Shown: positions 1 through 12,216 of the stretch, one piece after another
How the letters are laid out: each line of letters opens with the position of its first letter
Numbering within the stretch: position 1 is the first letter of the stretch
Assembly (NCBI GenBank): GCA_008632985.1
Contig: QPGO01000007.1
Coordinates: forward strand, 248,001 to 312,000
From: Psammoneis japonica
Taxonomy: Eukaryota
Direction: 5' to 3'
DNA length: 64,000 nt
Position numbers and translations under genes: made by a program
The notes under the pieces: model-generated
Seen by the model: only the letters and a program-made list of their open reading frames with translations
The model's database searches: none
What the model was told of the DNA's origin: nothing

Positions 1-35
1 CCCCGCATCTATTCGCCGCTTTTGCCGCTTCCACG

Positions 36-992
36 ATGGAGTGTTCTGACGCTGAACACAGTAGTCCGGAGGTACACGTGATGACTTTAGATCGCGAGGA
101 CGAGTCTGGTCGATTCAAACAGTTCAAGGAGCGCAATCCCCATATTCTTCCCTATCTTCATCAGTGGGACGCAATCGACGGAACTCGGATCAACTACACG
201 GACGCAGTAAACGCAGGACTCATTACTCAAGAAGCAGCGGACGTTAGCATAATGCCTGGTTCCATTGGTTGCGCACTATCACATGCACGAGTGTGGCATC
301 ACGTGGCCCGTGCATACAAGGATGACGACGACCCAGCCATACTTGTTCTGGAGGACGACGCAATTACGCATCCAAACATTCTCGAGTACTCTGAAAGACA
401 TGCGGACGAGCTTTCAAAGGCTGACATTACCTTGTGTGGTCACAATCACGATGCCATCACCCTGACAACTGACAGGCGAAATGTGAAGAAGCTACTGATG
501 AAGAGCCCATTCTTTCCAGACGAAACCTTTATCGATCATGCACTGGCCAACACGGACATTGCCGATGTGGACGTTGAACAGCTCTCGATCGCCTTCGGCA
601 ATCCTTGCTACTGGATAAGTCCAAAAGGAGCTCGGAAGCTAGTGGACGACGTGTCCATATTTCCTCTTCGTACAGATAAGTTGTTTGGTCCTAATCCACA
701 CAATCCAAGAGGGTGGCCACCAGCCGAGGAACCAATTTTACAGCTTTATCCATACCTACAACACACAAAACAACTCTCCAAGGATGTTCGTCTTGTCAAG
801 ATGTACCGCACTTCTCTCGAAGCATATCTGACGTCTCCAAGCTTGGCATATGCCCCCAATGACAAGGAAAAATCCACTACTCGAAATATCATAAAGTCCA
901 AAATCAAGTCCAATAATTATACCTACGGGGAACTGAAAGACTTGATATCAGGTGGCGGTGCAAAGCCTGCATCTCTTGTTTCGAACGAGTAG
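36..992 (+). CDS. Glycosyltransferase family 25 protein
   Basis: GT25 motifs: AIDG, GSIGCALSHARVW, ILVLEDDA, YWISPKGARKL. Confidence 0.75.
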   Translation: MECSDAEHSSPEVHVMTLDREDESGRFKQFKERNPHILPYLHQWDAIDGTRINYTDAVNAGLITQEAADVSIMPGSIGCALSHARVWHHVARAYKDDDDPAILVLEDDAITHPNILEYSERHADELSKADITLCGHNHDAITLTTDRRNVKKLLMKSPFFPDETFIDHALANTDIADVDVEQLSIAFGNPCYWISPKGARKLVDDVSIFPLRTDKLFGPNPHNPRGWPPAEEPILQLYPYLQHTKQLSKDVRLVKMYRTSLEAYLTSPSLAYAPNDKEKSTTRNIIKSKIKSNNYTYGELKDLISGGGAKPASLVSNE

Positions 993-1597
993 ATTGCTCG
1001 TCAAGTTTCTTTTTGTTTGCAACCAAGAAAGGAATTCATTTTATAATAATTAGCAGTACTTGCCAATAGGGCTCTAGAGATTTTACTTCTAGTAGTTAGA
1101 AACTTGTAGCCTTACTATAATAGAAATAGCAAACAAGGCGAGATTCCACAGAGGTTCTACCGTAGAACTAGGGAAGAATGTCTAACAATCGCTGGAATGG
1201 AATGATAACTGTCCTATAGTAGCTAAGCTCTAGTCTGCGGTTGCGAGTAAAGTAGTTATGTAGAAAGTATGAGCTACGAGTATCTAGACTAGCAATCCAA
1301 AGAGAGCCCAAGAGAAAGTCTTGAGTCATCAAGTAGATCTCAGTCCCATGTATGAGATCAGACTCCCTCGTGATGAAAGAACGAAGGATTCATTTAAAAA
1401 TGTACTATGTAGATGTTGCCCACGCGCAATGGGAATCTTTGTCTGAACTGCGGTCGTGTCGATGGTTCGTGGTGCGTGGCGCCAATCTTATTTCACAGGT
1501 TAGTTGCATCACTCGTCCATGCATCGCGCCTTTCTGATGATGTGACAAACAATTAAAAATATGAAATCAAAGTGACGCTATTAGTTTACCTCGGCTT

Positions 1598-2728
1598 TCA
1601 CGTCTGTTCTTGCACTTTGTCACTTTTGGGAATCTTGATTACCTTTGCGGGATACGAATTGCACATTGCAATACCGCACATGTTGACTCCTCGGTGGATC
1701 TTGAAAAATCCCTCGTCACCCCACTTTGTGCCCCAGGAATTCTTTACAATCCAGTATGGAAGGTTTGTTTCCTCGTCAGTGCCATAACCAACCGCAAGAA
1801 CGGCGTGGTTTACGTCTTTGGTTGAATTCTTGCACGTGTCAGAAGTGTACACTCCGCTCTTGTAGTCCCCAAAGCCATCCACCACTTGAAACGCGACAGA
1901 GACGGGTCCGTGTTGAAAGATTGCCAATTTTAATTCCTCTTCATCTCCCTTGGTGATATTGACAGAGCCGCCCGCAACCGTCAAGTCAAAGGTACTCGAC
2001 TTGACCGAACAATTGTGATCCGTGGCAAAGTACGGGTACGCCGTTTCCGTACTGATGCCTCCTGCCGATTCAATGTACTCAAACGCGTGCGAGGGTAAGC
2101 CACCATTACACCCATTGTTATCAAAGGCCTGAGCACAATCGACTAGTTGCTGCTCCGAATAATTCCAGTCACACCATACTTGATGAGAGAATGGCTTTCC
2201 AAGCAGCCCACGGTTGAAAACGTCCAGCAACTGCCACAGCTCGCTTGTGATTTGACGGGCGATACACCTCCGTAATCTCTCCAATCCCAAGAGGGTGGTA
2301 CTTGAATTGATTTGTCACTGCAGCCTTTCCGCGGATTCCACCACCACTATTGGTTGCAGAACAACGCTGCTCATCCGCAACGTACGCGTCCATGTGAAAG
2401 TATTCGCGAAGCTGTTCATGCGTCATGTCGGAATACTGATTGATACCCTGTTGGTATGTGGATTCAGAGTGACGATTGTGGGCTACAATGGCATGGAGTT
2501 TGTTTTCAAAGTTTTGGAATCGTTCCTGTGCTCAAAAAGCTCGGCGGCTGGCGAGGAGAAATCTTGTTGGAATTTGCTCCACATTTCCAACACCACGTCC
2601 TTGTCGAGCGCATCTTTTCCAAGCAAATAATTGGAAAAATCATCATTAAGACTTCCGTGAGTCAAAGCAACAGAAGTCAAAAGGCTTGTAACGACAAGCA
2701 GAGCTTTCGGCAGCGCTTTCATCGTCAT
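1598..2728 (-). CDS. Cathepsin H-like papain-family (C1A) cysteine protease with signal peptide and I29 propeptide; several frameshifts
   Basis: Signal peptide [13 protein letters not shown]; propeptide NQYSDMT; mini-chain-like EQRCSAT; catalytic CGSCWTFS in a shifted frame near 2215-2240; [40 protein letters not shown]. Confidence 0.9.
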
Positions 2729-2995
2729 GGTGCATTGGAAATGGAAAGCAAAAAAATCAATCCGTACCGTCCGTCGTCCGTCATACGAATACCGTCCGTC
2801 TGTCAATCCGTCAAAAGTTCATGAGGAGGTCTGTCAATCACGTCGTCTGGCTAATGCTTCACGCGAAAGCGCGAAAGTCAAACGCAACACGCAAACACCG
2901 GCAACACAGCGAAATCAGTAGTAGGAGTAGTAAACAAGGCAGAAGTTGTTGCGGAACAGTGACACGAAGAAGAAATAGAACAACAACAACATGCA

Positions 2996-4458
2996 ATGGA
3001 CGGCGATTACATAGAGGATCCCCCTCCTAACATCTGGGATAGTGCGAAGGACTTGTACGTGCACCCTATTTTGTTTGCAGCGGTAGAGACAGTCAAGGGA
3101 AAGATTGAGAGGACTGGCCTCTCTAGTTCGTACAACATCTGCGATGACCCCACAAGAACAGACCACGCCCGTGTGCTCCTCCACGAACTGCACGGCTATA
3201 TGGAGGTACGCCATCTTCCCCGCGGTGTTACCTGTCGATACGAACATGGAAACATCTATTTCAACTCCATCATTGTGAACGCCAGTACAAGATATTCGAA
3301 CGGGAGAGAACAAGACGAGCTCATTTTGGAATCGTATCAAGCCGTCTTGGAAGAGGGCTTGGAACATGAGCTGGCTCACATGAAAATGCATCAGGATCGA
3401 TTTAAAGGTGACGAGGACAGCCCCCCAACGTATGGGGAAAGTGGATATGCTGTGCAGCAGCAGATCCGGACTACATCTGAGACTCGCAATCGTGCAGTGC
3501 TCGAAGTCCCTCGGGAGACCTGGGAGCGTCATTATCTACCTCCACTGAATGTCTATATACACCCTTTTGGAGAGGGAAGTTTACAGACACTGCCTACAGT
3601 TGCACCGCTCCCCGTGACGCTGGAACAACTCCGAGCCCACATGGTGTATCCTTGGCAACGACGGCACCAAAGAGGAATTCTCAGGCTTGTTCGCAGCCGA
3701 CAAATTCACCTGGCTCGACGCGGGAAAGGAAGAAAGCCAAGACCACTGGCAACAACAACCACGATAGCGAGATTCTCGGTGCACGTGGGCAGGTGAATGA
3801 CCGCACTTCTCCTGATGGTTCACCCTCCCAATCATGCACAAATGAAGCTGGAGTGGATTATGCTGAACGGATATATTATCCTCCCGATGGCGTGGATCCC
3901 GTAAAATGGACCAAACTTTTGGAGGAATCGGCTACCTATTGCGAGGTGGAGAATATCGTGTTTTGCGATTCGCGACGCATGCCAAAACAATCGTTCCAAC
4001 CCTCTGAAGCCATATTTGTGATGGTCAAATTCAGGAATCCTACGAATGACGATGCTTTTATTTACTGCGGTGGCAATGGCACCTTTTTACGCTCAGGAAT
4101 CACTCTCGAAATCCAAGGAGAAAAGCGCTACCCTATTCCTACCAGCCCCAGTATCCAACCCCTGACACGCATCCGTCCAGGCGCATCCTACACATTCTTT
4201 CGGCAGTTATCCATTGGTGCTCCGACCACACCACTTCCAGCTCGTTCGCACAAGATTTACTATGAAACCCCCCAAAAGACTGGAACCTATACTGTCATTG
4301 TCAAACATCGGTATCCCTTCTTTACATTTTCGGGTTCCTTCAAACTGAACGTCAGCAGTGAGGGCAATATTTTTACTCACAACACGGGAGTTCTTGCGAC
4401 CAGAACCCAGATCGGGGATATGGGATCTGCTGGTACTCCGCCTCCAGCGGTTTGCTAG
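2996..4458 (+). CDS. Hypothetical protein with HExxH motifs (possible zinc metallopeptidase) and a beta-rich C-terminal part; two overlapping ORFs, probably one frameshifted gene
   Basis: ORF 2996-3796 contains LLHELHG, LEHELAH and GESG; ORF 3652-4458 overlaps it and has normal coding-like composition. Confidence 0.4.
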
Positions 4459-4869
4459 GTTTCCCTGCTATAGTCCCGATGAAACAGGGCTACAAAAACA
4501 CTATGGCGCTCTATAGACATTTGAAATGATTCTCTACCCCGTCCTTTCGTGTCTTGGTTTGCATGTCAAATTGCTCCACATTTCCACAGCGTTCCCTCCT
4601 CTGCCATTTCCTCCAAATTCACCAGCAGCGTTCATCATTTGTTTGCAAGTTGCCGAAGCGAAGATTCCACCAGAGCGAACAGCGCCCAGCCCTTCGGCTT
4701 CCCCTTCCAGAGTTCAGGATGAGGTCCGTCAGTGATGGCACCTCTGCTCTAGCCAGGCCCTCTCCAGCTAGAGAGGCAGCTGCAGCGCGTGCACGAACGA
4801 CAAAACGATGAGGTGGATCACACCGGTGCTTCGGGCGTGACGACGTGCCGCACCTGAGAGAATTTTTAT

Positions 4870-7800
4870 GGGGCGAGAAGCGGTCAATCGCTGCATTTTT
4901 CAGATCACTTGTCCGTTGATTTTCACAGTTGGGGGACCTCTCTGAAAAATTGAAATGTTTCAATCCGATCCACCACGTGAGATTCACACGGCAGAACACA
5001 CCATGACCAACCACCATCAGCCATCAGATGGAGCAAAGCAACCCGTTGAGTGTTGGTGCCGCGTGGCACAGTGGCACACAAGATGACACACAATGCTGCT
5101 GCAAGGAATGGTGAATGGAAAAATGCAGACAAATGCAAAAACACACACCCTTCAAAGACCCCGCACACCAACGTGGGACAATTTTGTGAGAAGCAGAGAG
5201 GGCTCCCTGCTTGAGAAACTTGAGAATGATTTGGTTGCAACATTGTCTTGCTGGAAATGAAGATTGTTTGGCAAGAGAACAGCACAGGCTGAAACTGTGT
5301 CCAGTCGAGCAAACGCTCAATTGATGTGGAGGAACCGCGCGCGGAATCCAAAATGGTTGTTGTGAGTGTTGGCACACCATGGCATCAAAAGAGCCCATCA
5401 TTGCAAGGACAGGAGATTGTCCTGTTGGCTCTTCACGCAGATTCTGTGGAGTGTCATTCATGAGCTGCGGGTGTTTTTCAGCCTTGGCTTTGTGGTTTTG
5501 CATGACCAACAGATCATCTTGATTTGTTTGGAAATGTGCTGCAGTTTCTGCTGGGACATTTGGTCAATGGAAGTTGCCATTCATCTCTGGTGCTTTTTGG
5601 TCTCCTGCAACATCCTCTTTTCTGCTGTGAGCTGGCCCATCCAGCCATCTGCAGTAGGGTTCCTGGTCTTTTTGAATGATTCAAGATGTTTGGAAAGGAC
5701 TCTTTGCTCAGACTTGCAACCAATCCCTTCAGCCAGCCGCAATTCCATTTGGACATCAATGGCCGGCATCTTCCTTGCTTTGTGTGGGCCATCCAGCGGG
5801 GCAGCAACAGCTGTTTGATGCTCACATTCAGAGAGAGGAGGTGGCCCATCTGGATCAAATGAAGCGGCAACAGCTGTGGCAATGTCTTTGGGCACGATGT
5901 CATCAGCTGGCCCATCTGTGGCCAAAACAGCAAAGATGTGAACATCATCTACCACCAGATTGTTGTCTGGGGTCTCTTTGGCTGCACACAATTCCACAGC
6001 AACCTCGCTCAGGTCACTCACCACAATGCAAGAATGAAGACTGCCAGAGTGGACAATTCTCCTGCTGCCATTTCCAGGATCATGTCAAGAACATCTGCCA
6101 CAGGACAAGGAATGACACCAAACTTGCCAACCTCCCAGTCACCAAAACTCTGACTCACCGCCAATCCATTTGTTTCACCCATCACCAGATCTAAGTGCAA
6201 AACACGCATCATGCTGCTGCCACAAGGAATGTGGACGTTGCACTCAGCATGATGGCTGCCACATCCATGCCCACTCATCTGGAGGGTGCGGCTTGTCCTC
6301 TTGACTTTGTTGCACAATGATGGTCTTGCCTGTTTTTTGTGTCAAGCAACAATGAACAACATGCTGTCTCTGGAATTGGCGACATTGTTGTCTTGCTGCC
6401 ATTTTGTAGGATGACCGAAGCAGCAAAGCCAACCGCCTCATCTGCTGGCACTCAATTGATTGTTTGGCCAGTTTTTCAAGTTTGGAAGAGTGCAACTTTG
6501 GAAGATTCACAACAGTGTGCTCTGAAACATGTTTGCTGAGAGTGGCATGTCTGACAAAGCAGGTGATTCATTCTCAAGTGCGTCGCCAACCACCGCCTCC
6601 GAAGCAGGGTCGTCATCAGCTTTTGGGCATTCACGAATGCAAAAGGGTGATGCAACGAAAGCTTGACATCCTGATTGTAATGTCCTTCCACCATTTTGCG
6701 CCCAATCACTGATTTTTTCTTTGAGTCCTGGGCTCTGCCTGCTGGGCCCCACACTTGGGCAAAGGACACGCTGACACGTTGTGCAGTTGTTGCTCCCAAT
6801 GTGAACAAAATCTGCTTTAGATGGCACATGCAATGCGGCCAACAAATCAAGACATTCGCTCAAACAACCACAAATGACCACCAGGTCTTTTCTTGAGCAT
6901 GGCAAAAGTTGTCAGTGATGGACATCAGCCAACCCTGGGGCAACCTGAGTGCAGCAAACACAAGTTGCCGCAAGCTTGATGCAACGCGGTGGTTGAGAAT
7001 GTTTTCTTTTTTTGGTGTCGTAAAAAATCCTTTTTGACTTCTTGAAGCTCGCCAACACCCTTGTTGTCATGGCCATGGTGTTTTTTGCCTGTGGCGCTCC
7101 ACAGCCCACTCGCTAAATTTGTGGCTTGGTGTGGATTGAAACACTTCAATTTTTCAGAGAGGTCCCCCAATTAAAAAAATGATGGACAAGTGATCTGAAA
7201 AATGCAGCACCAAAATCTCACACAACAACATGATGCATCATCAACACATCACACAGCTCTCTTTTGAAAGCAGAGCTGTGCACTTTAACTTGCTGCTTCC
7301 TTCTCCCATCTGTGACATCTGCTTCATTTGTGATGGCAAGCAAAGTGCAGCAGACTGTGGGTTGTGGAGAAAATGCACAATTTAGACTTAACGACCTGAG
7401 TGTTCTTTTCTTTGTTGTTGCTGTCAGGTGTTTCATCATTGGCTTCTCTCAGGATGAATTTTGCCCGGCAATTGTGCATTCCCGGCATCAAACATCTCCT
7501 GGAGTTACAACATGTCAAAGGGATCCAGCAGTGTCACAACTGCAGGTTGATTGAATCTGAGTGGGTTTGGTTGCATGTCTTGTTTGGGTGACACAAAACG
7601 GCTTGCAGTTCTCACAAGCTCGTGTTTCCTGTTGTTGCAGTTTGTGGTTTGGGCAAATCAAAGCAACGCTCTCATGGACTCCATTTTTCATTCATTGCAC
7701 CATTGCCACAGGAAGCATCTTTCAGCCAATGGGTCTGAATTGGGTTGGTTTCAATTGTTGTTTGGGCAAAGCAAAAAGGGGCTCCGCGCTCAGCTCTCAT

Positions 7801-8260
7801 GCGCTTGCACTCTCTGCTTTTTGCGGTTCATGGCTTGGATGGCTGCACATCAAAGAATTGTTGCACTCTCATGGGCTCTGTCATCTGTTTGTTGTGCCAT
7901 TGCCACAGGAAGCATCTGTTGGTTCATTCAACCCAAGTTGCTTGGGTTGCATTGGCTGCAGACAATGGCGTTGTTGCGACAGCCCCCATCCGGACAGCGC
8001 AGGTGTCCCGCACTTTCAAGATTCGTCAACGTGCCATGATGGGAAAAGAGGGAGCCACCAATCGCTGGCATGTGCGCATGCTTTGTGCACTGTCACCCAT
8101 CCATTGTGAACCAGGGACAGTCACACTCACACACAATTGAAGTGGTGAAGAACATCATCTTTTTCACCACAAGCGCAGCTGCAAATTGCAGCAGTCAGGA
8201 ATGTCATCATCTTGTTTCACAACAGGGGTGTCACTCGTTTTGATGCTTCATCAAAGAGAC
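4870..8260. mobile_element. TpA-depleted degenerate repeat domain 1 (probable transposon relics)
   Basis: Only about 13 TA dinucleotides counted in about 3.3 kb; many overlapping Cys/His-rich, Tyr-poor ORFs; internal inverted and direct repeats. Confidence 0.65.
4890..7208. repeat. Imperfect inverted repeat pair of about 77 bp (4890-4966 and 7133-7208) enclosing about 2.2 kb; possible TIRs of a DNA transposon relic
   Basis: gctgcatttttcagatcacttgtcc...ttgggggacctctctgaaaaattgaa.tgtttcaatcc matches the reverse complement of 7133-7208. Confidence 0.75.
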
Positions 8261-8784
8261 GATGTATCCTTTCACGTAAAACTCGGCACGAATTCTGACT
8301 CTAGCCCTAGCAGCTAGAGCAGAGCGTCGTTCGTGCCCCTGTGGGCACGAACTCATTCGGCGTTCGTTCGTGCTCACACGCGCACGACTTATCACGCGGG
8401 CTAATCCCGATGCAGCAACAGATGGACGGTACGATATGGTTCAAAAGACCATCTCTTTGATTGTCGCATTTCTTTTTGGCTTTTTGGGGGTTTTGGTAGA
8501 GGATGATTCAGTTGGCAACTTTGCCGTGTTGTTGGTTTGAAAAAGTGGCATGGTAATGACGTCGTCTGGCCAATGCCTGAACGCCAAACTCGCGAGCCGA
8601 GTCGTGATTGACTTTGACAGCCAACAGCCAACAATAATTGTTGGAAAAAGCCGAAACAAGACAAAAACGAGAACAATAACTCTTCTTCTGTGACTTATTG
8701 TGCTGACACGACGTCAGGGCATCGGCGGAGACGATGAGAAGTCCATAAAACAGAATCACGATTGCACAAACATGAATCCGTCAT

Positions 8785-9736
8785 GCATGTCAAAAGCTTT
8801 TTCATTGCACAGCTGGAAAAGGCAAAAGTCGCACAGTACGCCGTGGCTTATTGCATTGCAGTGTCGTCGCCCGTAGCTGCAATCGCATCGACTATCGGTG
8901 CAGATTATTATTTGTTTTCCACTCGTCATTGGTTGTGCCGACCCATCATCTGGGGTTTAGCTCTACTGAGTATTGCTACATTGCTTTTCTTCCACGCACA
9001 TGAAACCTTCTACGAAAGTGTCAACAGAGAAGAGGAGCTTTCACCAGTGAAAAAATGGTGGAGCAATGGGTACAATGTTCACACTGTGAATCTCTTACTC
9101 AATATCACACTCTTCTTCCATCTTTTTCTTCTTGACGATGGTTCAATTCAATCTCTCTGTAAGGTGTCTCTCTTTGTCAATTATGCCGGTCAACTTGTGG
9201 ACAATGCAGTCAAGGCCGCAGGGGGGACTGTGGGCGAGGGCGTTACGCTTCGTCGCCTCAACAAGCTTTGTTTAATATTTCACGGTACTGCAATGCCATT
9301 GGTTACGTTACCGATTACAGAAATTGCCGGAAACCATGGTGTGCTTGATGCTACGACCAAGACTTTGATGCAGACTTTTTGGCTCGCGCTTTCTTTTGTG
9401 GAGTGTATTCGATGGACCTTGTTTGATTCTTCCGACCTAAAGGTTATCGACAACCGATTGACGAAACTTCACAATGGACCTTTTCTTGCCGGAACACTCG
9501 CTTATACTTCCGGAAAGGTCTTGCAATGCCTGCTTCCTGTTTTTGCTGTTCTTTTATACCAAATAGGGATTGGGTGCATGCTACTCAGGAACCAAACCGG
9601 CAACCTCCCTGGGGCACTCCTTCTCTTCTCGGCGGTTGTTTCAATTCTTACCAGCTCTTTCAATCGTCCAGACATGCAATTCTTGGGTGAAACGTTTCAT
9701 ACTGGTACGATATTTTCAGTCCTAATAGTTCTCTGA
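8785..9736 (+). CDS. Hypothetical multi-pass membrane protein
   Basis: Uninterrupted ORF of about 317 aa with 7-9 hydrophobic segments. Confidence 0.6.
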
Positions 9737-10197
9737 CAAGAAGAAAGCGCGACCGATGGACAGCAACTTGTCGTGGTCAAAAGGTAAGGACCAACGTCGG
9801 AAGGAAAGTAGTGTGTGTACCCTACAATAGACCGACATCAACAACAGTCGTAAGTCTTACTACCAGCAAGGGACCCTAAGGGTTCGTATAGTACTAAACT
9901 ATCGTTTGACTTGTTTTTGAGTGTGTATCGAGTCTCTCTACTTAGGCACTAGTAGCTAGTCTCTAGCTAGTCTACTGTAGAGTCGTCGGCTGATGGAAGT
10001 CGGTTCCCGTCAGTTTCTGTTTCTGCGTGCTTGCTGCGTGAATTTTGAAATTTGTCGCGCGGTTCGCGATGACGTGGCTTCTCCGTGCTCATTTTTTGGC
10101 GCTTCTTTATTTCTGGCGTTTCTTGCAATTTCTTGCCAATGTTCCCTTGACCCTTTTACTCTACCTATGCTGCTGTTACATTGTCGATTTAGAGGGA

Positions 10198-12083
10198 TGA
10201 AACGGCTTTGTTTTGTTCAGTGTGTGCTGCTGATTTCAGCCAGTTCATTTGTTGCACCACAAGCGGTGGCGTTTTCAGCAAAGCCTTATTCTTGTGCTAC
10301 TGGAATTTGGAACGGTGGGAATGCACGGCGTGTATTGAGAAGGGATGCAAAAACAAGTATCCCTTTTCGACAAGAGCACTCCAAGTTACGGGTGTCCTCC
10401 TCCAGTATTGACGCCCCGGAGAATCTTGCAATGGGTCAAGGCGAAAAGGAAAAAAATGCACGGACAGTGTCCGAGAAACGAATGTAACTGTCGCCTTTCC
10501 GCCTTTTCAGAATTGGAGCTGTTGGGGCGCGGTGATTTTGTATCGTCAGAGACCTTTACGATTGAATCACCCAATGGAGAGTCTCATGATTTCTGTGTGC
10601 TCTTGTACCCTCGTGGGGGCGGCCACTCTACTTCATCTCCTCCCGTCGGCACCAAAAACAAACTCCTGGGAAAGAAAGCAGGGGAAGAGGAGGGAGGATT
10701 CGGTATGAGTTACAAGGTTGTTCCCATGTTTTCGAATGCCGCCAATGACAAGGTTGGTGTTTATTTGCAGTTTCTGCCAAAAGATGAACAAGACAGTGTA
10801 GACGTAAGCTTTCGTCTTCGTCTCAAAGGCAAGCAAAGCTCCGGACCGCGGTTTGACGTTGAATGGAGTGCAGGCATGCGGTTTGTGTCCAAAGACAAGA
10901 GCAATTTGAACCAAGGACTCGCAAACGATTTTGGTGCACACGTGATGCAATCAGACTTGTTGCCGGTATTCCTTGGAGTCCATGATCAAGAAAGAAAAGA
11001 AAATGAGCAAGACGGGATTCTTGAGATGCAGGTACAGACAACGGTTCATGCTGCTGTGGAACCGGAGACAGCAAGGTTACCTTCCTCTGGCGACGGTGGT
11101 GGACTAGGCTTGTTGCCACAACTAAAGGATATCCGTTTAAAGGATAACAAAAGCAGCTCAAGGAGGTTCATAACGGAGAGAACGTTCGCGTGGGCAAGAT
11201 TGTAGTTCCCGTGCTCAATCGATTGTCCCAGCGCCCTCGCATGTTTGAATTGGGTGCCTATCCTGGAGTCGAATACCGTATCATGAACATTTTTGATTCG
11301 AACGGAAACAATCTATTTGCTTCAGAGCCTGGTGCAACCTATGAAATGAGACCCATCTATCCCTTGGTGGCTCAACTGGAACGAGAGTGGCCTATTCGAA
11401 TCAAGGAGTCGGAATACCAAAACTCTTCACTTCCAACATGTACAATATCATTTCGGCGTTGGGCTCCGTCTTTACAGCAGCCGTGGGGTGACCACGGCCT
11501 TTGTTGTTTCTCAGATTGTATCACTCTTTTTCATTCCCTCGAAATCTATGGATCCAACCTGCAAGTGGGCGACGTTTTGCTGGTGGACAAGTTGACACCT
11601 CGCGTCATGACGGCAACCGGCGGTGGCAATCAGGTTGGTGACATGGTTTTGTTTTCACCACCCAAACTTTTGCAAGATATCGTCAAGGCCAGTGGTGGAA
11701 AACAGATTTCCAGCCGGGACTTGTTTGTCAAGCGCATTGCAGCAACATCCGGGGACATTGTCTCGGTAGACCGACGAGGATCCGTCTTGGTGAACGATAA
11801 GGAACCAATTGGCAATCGTGAATTGTGCGATGCTGAACCACTGCGGCTGATTGAAAAGTACATTCAACCCATGGACAATGTCGAAATACCAAAGGACGAT
11901 GTGTTTGTCATGGGAGACTGCAGCTCCGTATCGGTTGATTCCAGAGTGTGGGGACCACTGCCAAAGGCCGACGTTGTCGGACGTCCTCTCCTACGAATAT
12001 GGCCATTGGAACGGTTTGGAACCATTCCACCAATTGCTCCTAAAGAAGCAGTAGCAGAAGAAACGACAATGACGACAGAATAG
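10198..12083 (+). CDS. Probably plastid-targeted MATH-like domain plus signal peptidase I (S26) protein; frameshifts split it into three ORFs
   Basis: Signal peptide ending AVA-FS; MATH-like SETF...FCVLLYPRG...VGVYLQF; S26 motifs FIPSKSM (shifted frame near 11530-11550), LQVGDVLLVDK, FVKRIAA, FVMGD...SVDSRVWGPLP. Confidence 0.7.
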
Positions 12084-12216
12084 AAAGAATGAGTCTAGTA
12101 GAATGCTATATTAGTGCCATGAAAGTAGTAAAGGCTTTATATACGATTCCTCCTGCTATGTATCTCTTGCTTGCGGGGCCAAATCACGTACTGAGAAGTT
12201 GCTCTCCCCGGTCCAT

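Noticed and set aside
4900..8260. Dozens of overlapping Cys/His-rich ORFs here and at 24.2-28, 42.7-44.7 and 54-64 kb as real small genes
   Set aside because: Loss of TpA removes TAA and TAG in all frames, so long ORFs arise passively; they have no domains and almost no Tyr.
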